From: Eledone cirrhosa
Lineage: Eukaryota
Direction of reading: 5' to 3'
Assembly (NCBI GenBank): GCA_964016885.1
Contig: OZ024743.1
Location: forward strand, 123,628,001 to 123,692,000
DNA: 64,000 nt
Shown: piece after piece, positions 40,803 to 54,723 of the stretch
Layout: each line of letters opens with the position of its first letter
Numbering within the stretch: position 1 is the first letter of the stretch
The notes under the pieces: generated by a model
Seen by the model: the letters and a program-made list of their open reading frames with translations, nothing else
Database searches by the model: none
What the model was told of the DNA's origin: nothing
Translations under genes and position numbers: made by a program

Positions 40803-43800
40803 CTGTTAAAGCCAGTTTTGCGATGACCACAAATAAAGTTCAGGGTCAGTTGTAGGATTGAATCTGAGAGAATCAGTTTTACCCATGGACAGTTATATGT
40901 TGGTTGTTCACGAGTGGGAACATCTAGAAATCTTCATATACTATGCACGAACGGTAAAACAAAAAATCTGGTGTATCTGGAAGTTTGTGTTTACCTTTTT
41001 GTCACACTCACACCACGGTCTTGCCTCATAAACCAGACAACGCATCCAATACATGCGTTTTCTCTTCTGCCTGACTTCTCTTATCAACTGTTCACCCGGG
41101 CAAAGCCGGGTACCTCATCTAGTGTAGATATAAAACTAAATATAATGTATGAAAATCATTTTAGAATACTTATGTGATACTGTGGTAATTCTCTTTTGGG
41201 CGATCAAGAGAACAGAGCGATGTTCTATTTAATATAACATTTAGCTTCGTTCTTCTTGTTTCCCAGTTCAAATATCTAACTGTAATATCGTAGATATATT
41301 ATCTCGGCTGTACTACTCTTTTCGAGCGTTAGGTATGTTCGAATTCCAAGGAATACTTATTTCTTTTATGTACAAATAAAGTAAATAATTAATTTCTTCA
41401 TCTTTCCTAATCAGATGGGTACATCAGTGGTCGGTTAGACCTACTGTCACCAAGAGAATCTCTCCAACAAATGTTCATGAAGAGTTTTAGTTACAGCACT
41501 ACAATGATAAACTGGTAAATTAATTAAAATGAGTTTTTACTCTTGATAGTACTTTGCAGTGGTACCTGTATAATAAAATGCGATAGATTCCCAGAAGCTC
41601 CAATTTGGAGCAAACTTAAACCTTACTGACACAGCCAGCTGCATCTATTTAATATGCAGGCTATATTAGAGGTAATATATTTGGATAGCTAACAAAGAAA
41701 TTTGTTCTAATAGCTGGTTACTGACTGTCAACGTTTCTTATCAGATAAGAAATCTTCTATTCTTGTGTGGGAAAAGAAATTGGATTCTGTAGGAAGATCA
41801 ACCAGACTAAATAAAAGAAAACTGCCGTTAGCGTTTTGCTTGTTATAGATTCAACTACCTAGTAAGTGTTTATCTTAAATCAAAGAGTGAATCCTTGTTA
41901 CGTTGAATCACTTTATCAGATAAAGCAACAACTTTAATCCTTGTTTGCCTTGCTGACGAATTCAAAATACTTCACCATATATAATACGTGTATTTCTAAA
42001 ATCCCACGGGTCTTACTTTAAAGCTAAATACCCATTAAGTATAAAAAAAATGTAAGAATTCTTAGCAATAAATAACATTCTAATCGTTATTTATAGTTAG
42101 ACTACTTTTGTAATAGTTAAACCACTTTTATAATCAACCTACAGTAACGTATAGAAAACAATCCATCATATTCACGTACTTATCACATTCTCTATGAAAA
42201 GAAAATTAAACAGTATTATATAATAATTATCACAAACAGTTTGTTGGAAGAGAGTAAATAATCTTCAGGAAATATTGTATTAAATAAAAAGAAAACAAGA
42301 TTAACTGGGGAAAATACAATAAAATAAAAACTGTAAAACAAGCATGTAATAATGCCATCAACGTGGTTGCCTTGTCTCTGAAGAAGTTAATTTCACCTGA
42401 AAAGTAATTTATGAGCTCTTCTTTTTCTAGACCACGGAAGATGGCGGCAGAGTGCTAGCTTAGTTTGATGATTGTCGGGCGTAAATTGTTCCTCAATCCA
42501 TCAACATAAGGGAGATATCTAAATGTCGGGGAGAAAAAGAAAATCTATTTATCACTAAAAGATGTACATGCAAACAACGTTTTGGAAAACAAAGCACACA
42601 TTCTTAAATATACGTTTACAATTGTCTTCCCGCGCCACTAGAAATCCGTTACCGGGGGAAATTAGGCGAAAGAAGAAAAAAAAAACACTGATTTATTTTC
42701 TTTGTTTTGTTATTTGACAAGTCTACTTTGAGTTGTCGGCTTTAGATTTCCACAACATAATAAACGTGCGGGCTTCTATTCATTGTGTTTCTAATCGCTA
42801 AGAGAAATCGACTCTAACAAACCAAAGAAAGAAGATAATAAATTAACTTGATTTCTACCCCTTTACCGATTGAATTTTTGTTTGAGATTTATAACTATCT
42901 CCAGAACCCAACCGCTCACATCAACTTACAACAAGTTCATATTTCGAATGAATTTAGAACAATGGCAACAAAATCTGTTATTTTCTGGCTGTCAAGTTTA
43001 GGCTTTAATGAATGATGTTCAGATTAAAACACGGATACAAAAGTAATTCAATTAAGTGACTTTTTGAAAGGATTTAATGTATTTTATGAACTGTCATGGG
43101 GACGTGCTTTAACGTCGATGTTATCAGGTATTTCTCCACTTTATACACCTAAAACACACCATAACTCTTCCGTCTATGCTATGTAATCTCACAAGCTGAT
43201 AATGCAATATCGTTACTGCATATGCTGTAGTTCACCTACATTGACAACTGATATTCTTGGATAAATATTGCATCATTCTGCAAGTCAGTTAAAGAAATTC
43301 TTTGTTTTCCTATGTAAACACATTGCTATTGCGAATTGGGATCTCAATTCCTTCACTAACATTGATTGAAACTGATCTCCTAGACAGTCTTCATCTCAAC
43401 CACGCAACATTATTATAAGACAGCAAGTCCAGCATCTTTTAACAGCTTTAAACTAGGAGATTGAGTTACGTGTTCAATTAACTCCAAATAAAAGCAGCTG
43501 CTACAAAATCCTTTATTCTATGGCAAAACAAAATGCGCAACTAATTTGATCTGGATTCAAACTGAGAGATGTAAAGATAGATTCCCATGCTGGGTTTCTC
43601 ATTCAGTCATATATTCTATTCATTCTCATTTATTTTAAAATAATCTTACAGGCACCAAATTTGTGCGATATCCTTCCAATTCCCTTCGTCTGGTATTACT
43701 ATAATCCTAGAACTCTAAATGTTTCTCATTAATTTGATATGTATTATAACTAATTATATGCTAATTATCCACGTGATAATTCTCGATATCAATATTACAT

Positions 43801-44159
43801 TATAGAAAGAATTGCCGCAAACAATATTTCATGCCAACTATTCTGTTAGGCATAACGTCCCCTAATGTGATGGGTATACATTTTCTTACAATTCAGCAAT
43901 TCGTATTTTGATTTACTTAACTCTGTCCTATTTCCACTTTATCTCAACTTTTGCTGCTCCATATCATGTAGATAGATCTTGCTTTCATTAAAATAAACTA
44001 TTTTCGCACTCAGTACTGGATTAATGGGAAATAAACAAATAAACAAATAAGCTAAGGGCAACGCATTAAGAAATAAAAAAAACGGATTGCAAAAAATAGA
44101 AATATCGAAAAAGGAAAAACATATTTTAAAAGTTATAACTTAACTATATGTTTTCTCTC

Positions 44160-44240
<81 letters not shown>

Positions 44241-44243
44241 CTA

Positions 44244-44274
<31 letters not shown>

Positions 44275-44312
44275 TACTCACTCACTCACTCTCTCACTAA
44301 CTCTCTCTCCCC

Positions 44313-44344
<32 letters not shown>

Positions 44345-44799
44345 CTTCCTCTACATTACTGTAGACTCAGAAAAAGCATATATCTCTTCAGTTATCTTAA
44401 TACTGTCCCACTCTTAGTCAATGATGATCTATACTGCTTAGTTCATAATATCCAAGAGCTATGTTGAACGTAAATTTAAAATAGCCACTAATTATTTAGT
44501 AATTTCTCTTCAGAAACTTAAATGGGGCGTGAAATTTACGTCATAAGATGCATTCCTAACGAGAAAAACCTTCCCAACTAAAATATATAACAACAAAATT
44601 CAGAGAAAATAGCTGGAAGCTAATCAAATAGCATAATCTATCCACCCTATCTTAACTTATTTCTAAAAGCTATATCTTATGTAGCTGTATTTAGGTAACT
44701 CTAAACAAATTAAGTTCAATTCATGTCTAAAGAATATCAAATCATTAATTCTGCTTTTCAAATATTTTATCATAGTTGCATTTCATAGTTTTTTCATGT

Positions 44800-44985
44800 A
44801 ATAATTGTTTCTACTATTGGCACAAGGCCAACAATTTCCCAGTACATTACTGGTACTTTATTTTATCGATCCCGTAAGGATGAAAGGCAAAGTTAACCTC
44901 GGCGGGATTTGAACTCAGAATGGCAAGGACCATAACTCTATGCGTCAAAGTATGACGTGCGACCCTCTACCGATACTGGCAATAT
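44800..44985 (-). mobile_element. SINE family A
   Basis: Consensus match; atgtaataat on both sides suggests a TSD. Confidence 0.9.
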
Positions 44986-45773
44986 GTAATAATACTTTTT
45001 AAAACTTCATACAAATTAACAGATATCTAGTGCATCTGACACAGCTAGGACGATGCAATAACTAAAATAAGTTATTGGGATAAAAAGAGTTGTGTGGAGA
45101 AAGAGAAACAGGTAAACAAACACGAATGGTGAGGCAACGTAAAGAGAGGAAAAAATGAAAAAAATAAGTCAATAATTCATTTTCAACATAAGAACGTGCG
45201 AATATTGACGAGAAGACGAAAGACACATCTTGGCAGTGCGAATGTGAGCGATGTGGGACGATGGAGGAAGGGAGAGAGAGGGTGACTAGCAGAGAGTGAG
45301 TGAGTGAAAGTGTGAGGAAGAGGCTAGCCGAGAGAGGATGACTAGCAGAGGGGGTGAGTGAAAGTAAGGGGGAGAAGGAGAGAGAAGGGGGAGAGAGAAA
45401 GAGGATAGCAGTAAGGGAAGAGAAAAAGACAGGTCACAGCGAAGGGGAAAGCATTTCATTCATATATATATATATATAAAAACAAATAACGAAACGAAAT
45501 TAAATTTCGTTTCGCTTCTAACTCACTTTTGTATGACTGACGCTTAAACAATTAAGTTAAAGTGTACATCTACATATGTATACGGAAGTATTAGTATGCA
45601 TATAAATACACACATGTATACATATGTACATGTACTCAGCTTTTCACTAGACACTTTACAGTGAGTGTCAGCTAGTCTGTATGTAACCACACAGGCGGAC
45701 CGGGTTTTAGAGTCATACGAGTTTTCAAGGAAACACATTTCCTCTATTCTCCAGAGGCAGAGGGCCAGACAGG

Positions 45774-45818
45774 AATATTGGACTAGTTTCGATGTTATTA
45801 CATCTCATCAGCAATATT
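45774..45818 (-). ncRNA. Type I hammerhead ribozyme, consensus-perfect core
   Basis: aatattg-CTGATGA-GATGT(AATA)ACATC-GAAA-CTAG-TC-caatatt. Confidence 0.93.
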
Positions 45819-46424
45819 TACCCATCTTCCGGCTTCTCTGGAGAATTGTAAAAGCACATATCGTTATATGCTTTTTCTATGAAAATTAGTAGTGGGTAGA
45901 CTAATTTGCATAGAACGTGAGTCATTGTACGCACCGGTTCAGCGGAAACGATAAAAACAAATAACGAAACGAAATTAAATTTCGTTTCGCTTCTAACTCA
46001 CTTTTGTATGACTGACGCTTAAACAATTAAGTTAAAGTGTACATCTACATATGTATACGGAAGTATTAGTATGCATATAAATACACACATGTATACATAT
46101 GTACATGTACTCAGCTTTTCACTAGACACTTTACAGTGAGTGTCAGCTAGTCTGTATGTAACCACACAGGCGGACCGGGTTTTAGAGTCATTTAACTTAA
46201 TTTAATTGTTTAAGCGTCAGTCATACAAAAGTCATACAAAAGTGAGTTAGAAGCGAAACGAAATTTAATTTCGTTTCGTTATTTGTTTTTATCGTTTCCG
46301 CTGAACCGGTGCGTACAATGACTCACGTTCTATGCAAATTAGTCTACCCACTACTAATTTTCATAGAAAAAGCATATAACGATATGTGCTTTTACAATTC
46401 TCCAGAGAAGCCGGAAGATGGGTA

Positions 46425-46469
46425 AATATTGCTGATGAGATGTAATAACATCGAAACTAGTCCAATATT
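46425..46469 (+). ncRNA. Type I hammerhead ribozyme, identical copy; predicted cleavage after 46462
   Basis: aatattgCTGATGAgatgtaataacatcGAAActagTCcaatatt read directly on the plus strand. Confidence 0.93.
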
Positions 46470-46684
46470 CCTGTCTGGCCCTCTGGAGAATAGAGGAAAT
46501 GTGTTTCCTTGAAAACTCGTATGACTCTAAAACCCGGTCCGCCTGTGTGGTTACATACAGACTAGCTGACACTCACTGTAAAGTGTCTAGTGAAAAGCTG
46601 AGTACATGTACATATGTATACATGTGTGTATTTATATGCATACTAATACTTCCGTATACATATGTAGATGTACACTTTAACTTA

Positions 46685-46728
<44 letters not shown>

Positions 46729-48398
46729 AATGTTTAGTATTCGTGTGTTTACAATCAATCAGCATAAATGAACTGGAATAGCTTCAGCTGGAGATTAAAC
46801 CTGCAGTACAGACTCGGCTTGCAGGGAGTTTACCTCTAGCTCTTCCGAACTTGCCAATAAAACAAATTCTCTCAAGTTGTTGACATGTCAATAAAAACAA
46901 AAACATTTGTTTATATTTACTCATTAAATCTAAGCACTTGACTAGTTGTTGCTGTTTTTTTTTTGTTGTTTTTTTTTGTTTGTTCTACTTTGTCCAATGG
47001 TGAATTGGATTCAATTTTTAGTAGAGATAAACGATATATACCATCGATTATACAATCCCCCTTCCCTGGTAATAACTATATACCTTCCATGGCATCCATC
47101 ACCATAATATGTGTATATCGATATTAATTGGAGAATCATTATAAATCAAACATTTGTGGAATTGAAATTAATTTGGATACGAAAGAATTTGAACTGAGAG
47201 CTGCAGTGACCTAGGTTTTAATGTTGCAAAATGTACAACCTCTACCTACCGACTCTGTCAACATCGCAGCTTTAAGCTTTAAGTAATAATCATTTAAGAC
47301 AGAAATACATCAAACATTAACCAGAGTATTGAAATCATATCATCGTATCACAAAAGTGGAGCAAAATAAATTAATTGCGGAAACGTTTTACCTGTGAATT
47401 TCATTTCCATATACATTTTCTTAAGTTTTCAGTAGCATTGAACGTTATCAGTTTCATATATCTAAGAAATATATTGCGACAAATGTTTTGTTAGGTTTCA
47501 AACAGAAGAAATAAGACATTTCATTATACTTTCATATTTCTGAAACGATTTATTACTATAATAATTGTTTCTACTTTTGGCACAAGGCCAGCATTTATTA
47601 CTATAATAATAAACGTTGATCAGTGAGTGTTTTTGAAATAGCAATAGGCACAGAGCATATCTTAAATTAAATGTTCAAGTATAAAGAAGAAAAAAATAAC
47701 TTTCTTATTTCAACAATCATAAATTTCAATACACGTCGGACGAGTTAGCAAAACTTAAATAACTGAAGAATGTGTGTACAAATCCAATTAGTTGGTAAAA
47801 CTTTATCTTATATTCAGACTGGAATAATATATTGACAGGAGCTGTAAACAATAAACAATACGAAGAGAAAGCTACAATGCTACAATTTTAGAGATAACAA
47901 GTATATGGTCTGTTCAGCAAAAACCAAATGCATCTTACACTTTGTATAAATCGATCATTTTCTTTTCGGTTTTTCTAATTTTCTTCGAGGTAATCGTTGT
48001 TAGAGTGGTAAAAAAAAACACTTTAAGAAATCTTACTCTGCAGAGACCTAATTATCTATTTGTCACGCCGCAGAGAATATATTTATCGTTAAAAAAAGTA
48101 ACTATTGAAAATTATTCTAGAAAATCTTCTTGCAGAAGATTCGAACGTTCTGAAATTTATCGTCTGAATACAGTTAGGAAAGTTTTCAGCGAGTTGCTTA
48201 AAATAAAGTTGTAGTATCTGTTTGTTTGATGCTCTCTCTGTCTATATGTCTGTCTGTGTATGAGTGTGGGTATACGGGCCCACGTATATGAAAGAAAGAA
48301 AAAGATAGGTGTGAGGAAAAGAGGGAGTTTAAAGAGGATAAGAGAAAGAATAAATATACACTTTTACTGGTTTCAGTATATATATATGTATATGTGTG

Positions 48399-48624
<226 letters not shown>

Positions 48625-48637
48625 TGAAATTATTAGA

Positions 48638-48838
48638 AATGTAAGTTATCGCCGTATCGGAGAAATGAAAAAAAGATGTGTATTGGCGTACATGTACGTC
48701 AATACTCATCTTTTTCCATTTCTCCGAGGGTTCTTAACCCCACTATCAGGCTAAATCATTTCTTTAATTTCTTTAGTCAAAATACGGCGATAACTTACAT
48801 TTACGGCTTGAGCTCTGCCGTCGGGGTCATACTTGTCC

Positions 48839-48840
<2 letters not shown>
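48638..48840. repeat. Nested fold-backs joined to a family F fragment
   Basis: 48638-48658 is the reverse complement of 48782-48802; 48658-48727 is an imperfect palindrome; then acggcttgagctctgccgtcggggtcatac as in the 59130 copy. Confidence 0.85.
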
Positions 48841-48877
<37 letters not shown>

Positions 48878-49828
48878 AACACCGGGGGCCTAACGCCCTC
48901 TGGTGATAGCTACGGCTTCCTAAAGCCGTATTTCTATATATTCTTATTTGTGGCTATTATGTTTGAATGAAATTATACCTGCATGAATCTCAAACATGTC
49001 TGCATATATAAAACGAATCAAGAGAGCTCACATTTCCTTATCCCATACTTCACTGGTTTATTTCTCTGCTAATTCGTACTTAAACTCTTTATTTTCATTA
49101 TCATAAACGTTAACTGACACATCGCCCTTCCTTACACATTCTACAGTATATTTCTGAAGCTATTATAAATGTCTTCACCTAATCTCCTGTTATTCCTACC
49201 TCAAGCCCATCACTTTATACAGAAACCTACGGGAATAAATACTACTCTCTGCTGAGCTGTAGAATTATAAACAAAATCTCTCAAATTCTTTTTGCTTGTT
49301 TTTTACTCTTTTGTTTTGTAGACTAATCTGATTATGTGAATGTTAACTCGTTTTTATATATTCATTTCATTTTCACACAGATTTACATGTTATATATTAT
49401 TTCACGCACAACCAGAAACGCACACAAACTTATAGGCACATATGCATAACACTGATCCCTTAACTCCTAATGGGGTCGTAAGAGCGCCGTCAAGACGTAC
49501 TGCATGTCTTGGGCATTTTAAACTTGGTGGCACCCATCCCTCTCCATAACTGAAAGCAACCGATGTTTTCCAGGGTGAGAAGAAGAAGAAGAAGAAGAAG
49601 AAGAAGAAGAAGAAGAAGAAGAAGAAGAAGAAGAAGAAGAAGAAGAAGAAGAAGAAGAAGAAGAAGAAGAAGAAGAAGAAGAAGAAGAAGAAGAAGAATT
49701 GCCTTCGTCCTTTGAAGGATGAAAGGCAAAATCGGCTTATCTAGAATTTGAACTCAACTCAGAGCACAGAGATGAATAGCGCAAATTACAGAATTCTAAC
49801 TGCTCTGGAAATTCATCGCCTATATGCA

Positions 49829-50523
<695 letters not shown>

Positions 50524-50526
50524 CAA

Positions 50527-50858
50527 GTGTGAATTAGAATACGGTGACGATTGGAAATAGAAGTAGAAGCTTTGACCGTAAATTGATTATAGAAAATAGT
50601 CTAATATTAGGGCATATGAACCCCTATAATGGAAAAATTGGGCATCACCATACGTGGGAATCAAACTCACACCTCTCATTGCCATGTCTATGCTAACCGA
50701 TAATACCAACTCAGCTACCCTATTTTTCCCGCTAAATTCAGAAGCTATGATATAAAAAGCAGTAAATATGAAAACACGTGTGAATTAGAATACTATAGAA
50801 GCCCATTTTTTCCCTAATATTAGACCATTTTGTAGTCAATTTACGGTAAAAGCTTCTA
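50527..50858 (-). mobile_element. tRNA-like head between inverted ~48-bp arms
   Basis: Minus 50720-50641 gggtagctgagttggt...gagtttgattcccac (A/B-box-like); 50563-50611 is roughly the reverse complement of 50812-50858; gtgtgaattagaatac occurs twice as a direct repeat. Confidence 0.55.
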
Positions 50859-50962
50859 GTGCAATGTTCAATGTGTACATATGTGTGTGTGTGTGTGTGT
50901 GTGTGCAATTGAGTGTGCGTAAGGGTATACATACATATATGCGTGTATATATGGATACATAC

Positions 50963-51044
<82 letters not shown>

Positions 51045-52720
51045 ACACACACACACATATAACTATTAGTTATTTTACTTCCTATACTTAGTCTCTTAAT
51101 ATCATAAGCTAACTTTTTATCCTCAGCAGAAACTTTTTAACACGTTCTTATCTTTTAAAACTGTACGTTTACAGAAACAGCGATTGTAAACCTGTTTAAC
51201 TTCCATATAATTTCTTCTCTTCCAGTTGACACCTGCGTAGTTTCTACCGATAAAACACAGCTATAGATATGACTTTTCTATTAGTAAAAGTTACGGCTTT
51301 AGAAATTGTGTATAGAAACCTGAAGACTGTCAATGACATTAATGTATATATTTAATGTAATTAGTGATATACTGAATGAAGTGCGTCCCATAAAACATGT
51401 TAAGGAATTCAAACTTATCTCTTAGTTAGAGAACGAAAACAAACTCATAGAATCATTTATTGGAGACCCTCAAAGTAAAGGCCTGATAATTTCAAGAAGA
51501 ATTAATTTCACGGAAAATAATGATTACGTTTACAGAAAAATATGATCTTTGTTAGCAGGGACGAGGAAAGCTAAGGCATTTTTTAGTCGTACTAAACCTT
51601 AACAGTGAATCATAGTTTTCTCAGCCCGGTTAGAGTAGTGGGCAAGAGATTTTCCACAAAGGAAGATTACAAACATTTTAAGCAGTAGTACTTTGTATAA
51701 TTGCAACAACGAAAAAAATGTTCGTACTTCTTTGCCATCTCCTTTCATGTATGGCTTTATTGAAATGAGACGACATATGAGTACAAGATTCAATTGGCAG
51801 AAATCGATAGTGCTTCGACTAAAATTATCATATATTTTATTAACAAGAGTTTATGTTGTGAGTTCGAATTCTACCGAAGCCAACTTTGCCATTCATTTTC
51901 CCGGGGTCGATAAGATAAAAATACCACTAAAGTACCGGGGACGATTTATAATGAATCCTAGAATTGAATACAAGAAAAACAAGTTGCTGCCAATATGCTA
52001 GTATATAGTATATCATCAGACTGAAATTATACTGACAAATTGTCAATAATCTGGTGAACAAAACTAAAAATAAACGACAGTAAAATAGTTTTTTATCTGC
52101 GAACACGTAGGATGTTACTTCTTGATAATCATACTATATATTTTCAATTTAGTGTTTTTCTTTAATAATCTGTATTCTCTAGAAATGTCTAATTTACCCA
52201 AGGATCAAAGGATTCATATATTGCTTTGTGATAATATTTTACATTACCAAGGTTTTAAAGCAAAAAATAAAAAACAAGTGACAACAGTCAACTAGTCAGT
52301 GTGAATGCATTAGATGTTAATATAAAATATGAAATAAATCAACAATTTGACAGTATTATATTTCTAACAATTGCACTGAGTTGCTATGCAACCTGTCATA
52401 GATCATTGGTTTTTCTACATGAAAAGAAATTTGTGATATCTCTAATTACTATAAACCAATATATCTATGAATAAAGCTCGATTAGTCATCATATAAGAAT
52501 CTCAGTCGTTTACTTTTTTTTTTTTAATTATAATATATTATATATACCATTGTGGGTTGTAGAGTACTTTGATGGATTATTCTCATCATTGATTTCAATG
52601 TATTCTGAAATGAGAATATTATCATTCATACCATTTGAGAATTCATACCAAGTGAGAATGAAAGAATGGAGCGGTTCTAACCAAGACTTGGAACCAAATT
52701 GATCACTCAGAACTGCCAGT

Positions 52721-52778
<58 letters not shown>

Positions 52779-53310
52779 CAAAAAATTAGTTGAGTCGATA
52801 TAATCGACTAAATCAAAGCCGTGCCCCAGCATGGACGCAGTTAAATAATTGAAACCAGCAAACGAAAAAAATAAAAGAAAATAGTTTAAACTTTAAAATT
52901 TGTGAATGTGTAGCAGAGCACTAATTTTATATACAATTTTATCAGTAGTTGGTCACTCGTGACAGACATTTAAAAATACTGGTAAAAAAATACAAAACAC
53001 ACTTCTGAAGAGTATTTAATATATCAAATTTCATACTTCGCTTGGTACGATGTCGAATGGCACATATACCTTAAACAATGAATATTTGAAATAATAGATT
53101 CGAAAATATAGCTAGTGAGATAAATTTAATATCTGTCATTTGAGGAAATCGACAATTGAAACCATTATCGAACGTACATTTTTCAGTCAAGCGATTATTA
53201 TTTTAGTGAATCAGAAATGAAGTCAAAAGCTATTTCTGTTATGAAATAGACTTCAATATATATATAATCAAATAACCAAAAAGGGTAGTCACGTGGATAT
53301 ATTTATATAT

Positions 53311-53434
<124 letters not shown>

Positions 53435-53587
53435 AAGAGAAAGAGAAATTGGGAGTTACCTGTTTAGCTAAGTACTCAATACATGGAAAAGTAGGGTGTA
53501 TGTATAGTTAATGGTTAGTGGCCAACGGCTGAGTTCACACCGTTTCGGTTAAGCGTGAATTCAGCTGTCAAGCGCTAGCTATTTACA

Positions 53588-53649
<62 letters not shown>

Positions 53650-53654
<5 letters not shown>

Positions 53655-54230
53655 GAACATTTATATGGCGTTTTAACCCAGAAGTTGTCTCACATATCTT
53701 GCCACAAATTGGACAAGTAGTCACATCTGCTGGTGCAGGGAGATTTGTTATATAATCTGCCTGTGTCTCTGTCCGTTCATACGTCTTCACGTGGTTTGCA
53801 AAACCAGCTTCCAATAATCAAGATTTTTAATCTTTACCAACTCACCCATTCTTAGTACTCGTTTTAATCCTGCCTTTACCTTTTTTCATTTTTTCCAATA
53901 ATTGACACCCTGCTTTAAATGTCCTTCTCTTGTATTTACGATCACGAGCTTACTTGTTTATTGATATATATCTATACCCAGACAGTTTACATTCTCCTTA
54001 ACACAATCTTTGTACCTTTTCTTATGCTTATGTTATGGTCTTTTTCCTTGCACAAGCAAGATTTCTTTTGGAAGCCTTGCGTCATTCATTCAAACAAGAT
54101 GCCCTACCCATCGCATCTAACTCTTAAAAACAAAAAAAAACTGATACTAGAGCACCCCGATATTTGTAAAACTTCTCTTTCAGGTATCATGGTTCTTCAT
54201 TTAATACCTATTTGTTACAACTATATATGA
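53650..54230 (-). mobile_element. RTE-type LINE 3' fragment with C-terminal C2H2 finger
   Basis: Minus-strand RWVGHLV.MNDARLPKEIL...GKRP, then CPICGKICETTSGLKRH. Confidence 0.75.
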
Positions 54231-54522
54231 TCTCCGGTATTGTTCTAACTTTTTTTTTATTTCATTCCTATACCTTGTTTCTCTTACTCCACTTCGATAA
54301 AGGTTTAACTCGAAACGTCAGAATCTCTTCTTTTATTTTCATTTGGTGTAAATATATTCAATATACACACTGTTTTTTACGTTTTGTACATATATTTTGT
54401 CTACCACATGTCTCATTTTTTAACGCTTTGTTTTTCCTTGTTTTAAACTCTTGCGTTGTTCAATCGCCTGTTCCCTCGTTCTATATTTGTTGCTTTGGCG
54501 TATATATAGAGAGATGTGTGTG

Positions 54523-54603
<81 letters not shown>

Positions 54604-54655
54604 GCGCGTGTGTGTGTGCGCGCGTGTGCGCGTGTGTGTGTGCGCGCGTGTGCGC

Positions 54656-54723
<68 letters not shown>

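Larger units (their letters stand above)
37566..41122 (+). mobile_element. Helitron, decayed RepHel with most of the helicase deleted
   Basis: Rep motifs PDLFITFTCNP, IEWQKRGLPHSHIL (HUH), KYVCKYVNKG; MIHGPCG, DGYPQYRRR; Pif1 C-terminal RLQFP, FAMT.NK.QGQ, HGQLYVGCSRV; 3' hairpin acccgg..ccgggt then CTAG followed by T. 5' boundary approximate. Confidence 0.95.
45476..46689. mobile_element. Non-coding hammerhead-bearing ~470-nt unit (retrozyme-like): 1.5 tandem copies plus an inverted permuted copy, (TA)n-flanked
   Basis: Unit 45476-45950, partial repeat 45951-46190, reverse-complement copy 46191-46689 that spans the tandem junction. Confidence 0.9.

Noticed and set aside
41414-41514. Possible exon (pyrimidine tract-CAG ... 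GTAAAT)
   Set aside because: No recognisable peptide or partner exons; splice-like motifs are common by chance.
41725-41752. CTGATAA-GAAACGTT on the minus strand
   Set aside because: No stem II; explained by a short local palindrome.
42438-42447. AAGATGGCGG YY1-like motif or start codon
   Set aside because: ORF stops after five codons and there is no other promoter evidence.
45665-45889. Conserved 68-74-aa ORF in the retrozyme-like unit
   Set aside because: Antisense to the HHR, start not conserved between copies, no recognisable domain; recurrence reflects the repeat.
50641-50720. tRNA gene
   Set aside because: A/B-box-like motifs, but I could not fold a cloverleaf; treated as a SINE head.
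53575-53814. Host C2H2 zinc-finger gene exon
   Set aside because: Single finger directly downstream of RTE C-terminal motifs on the same strand.
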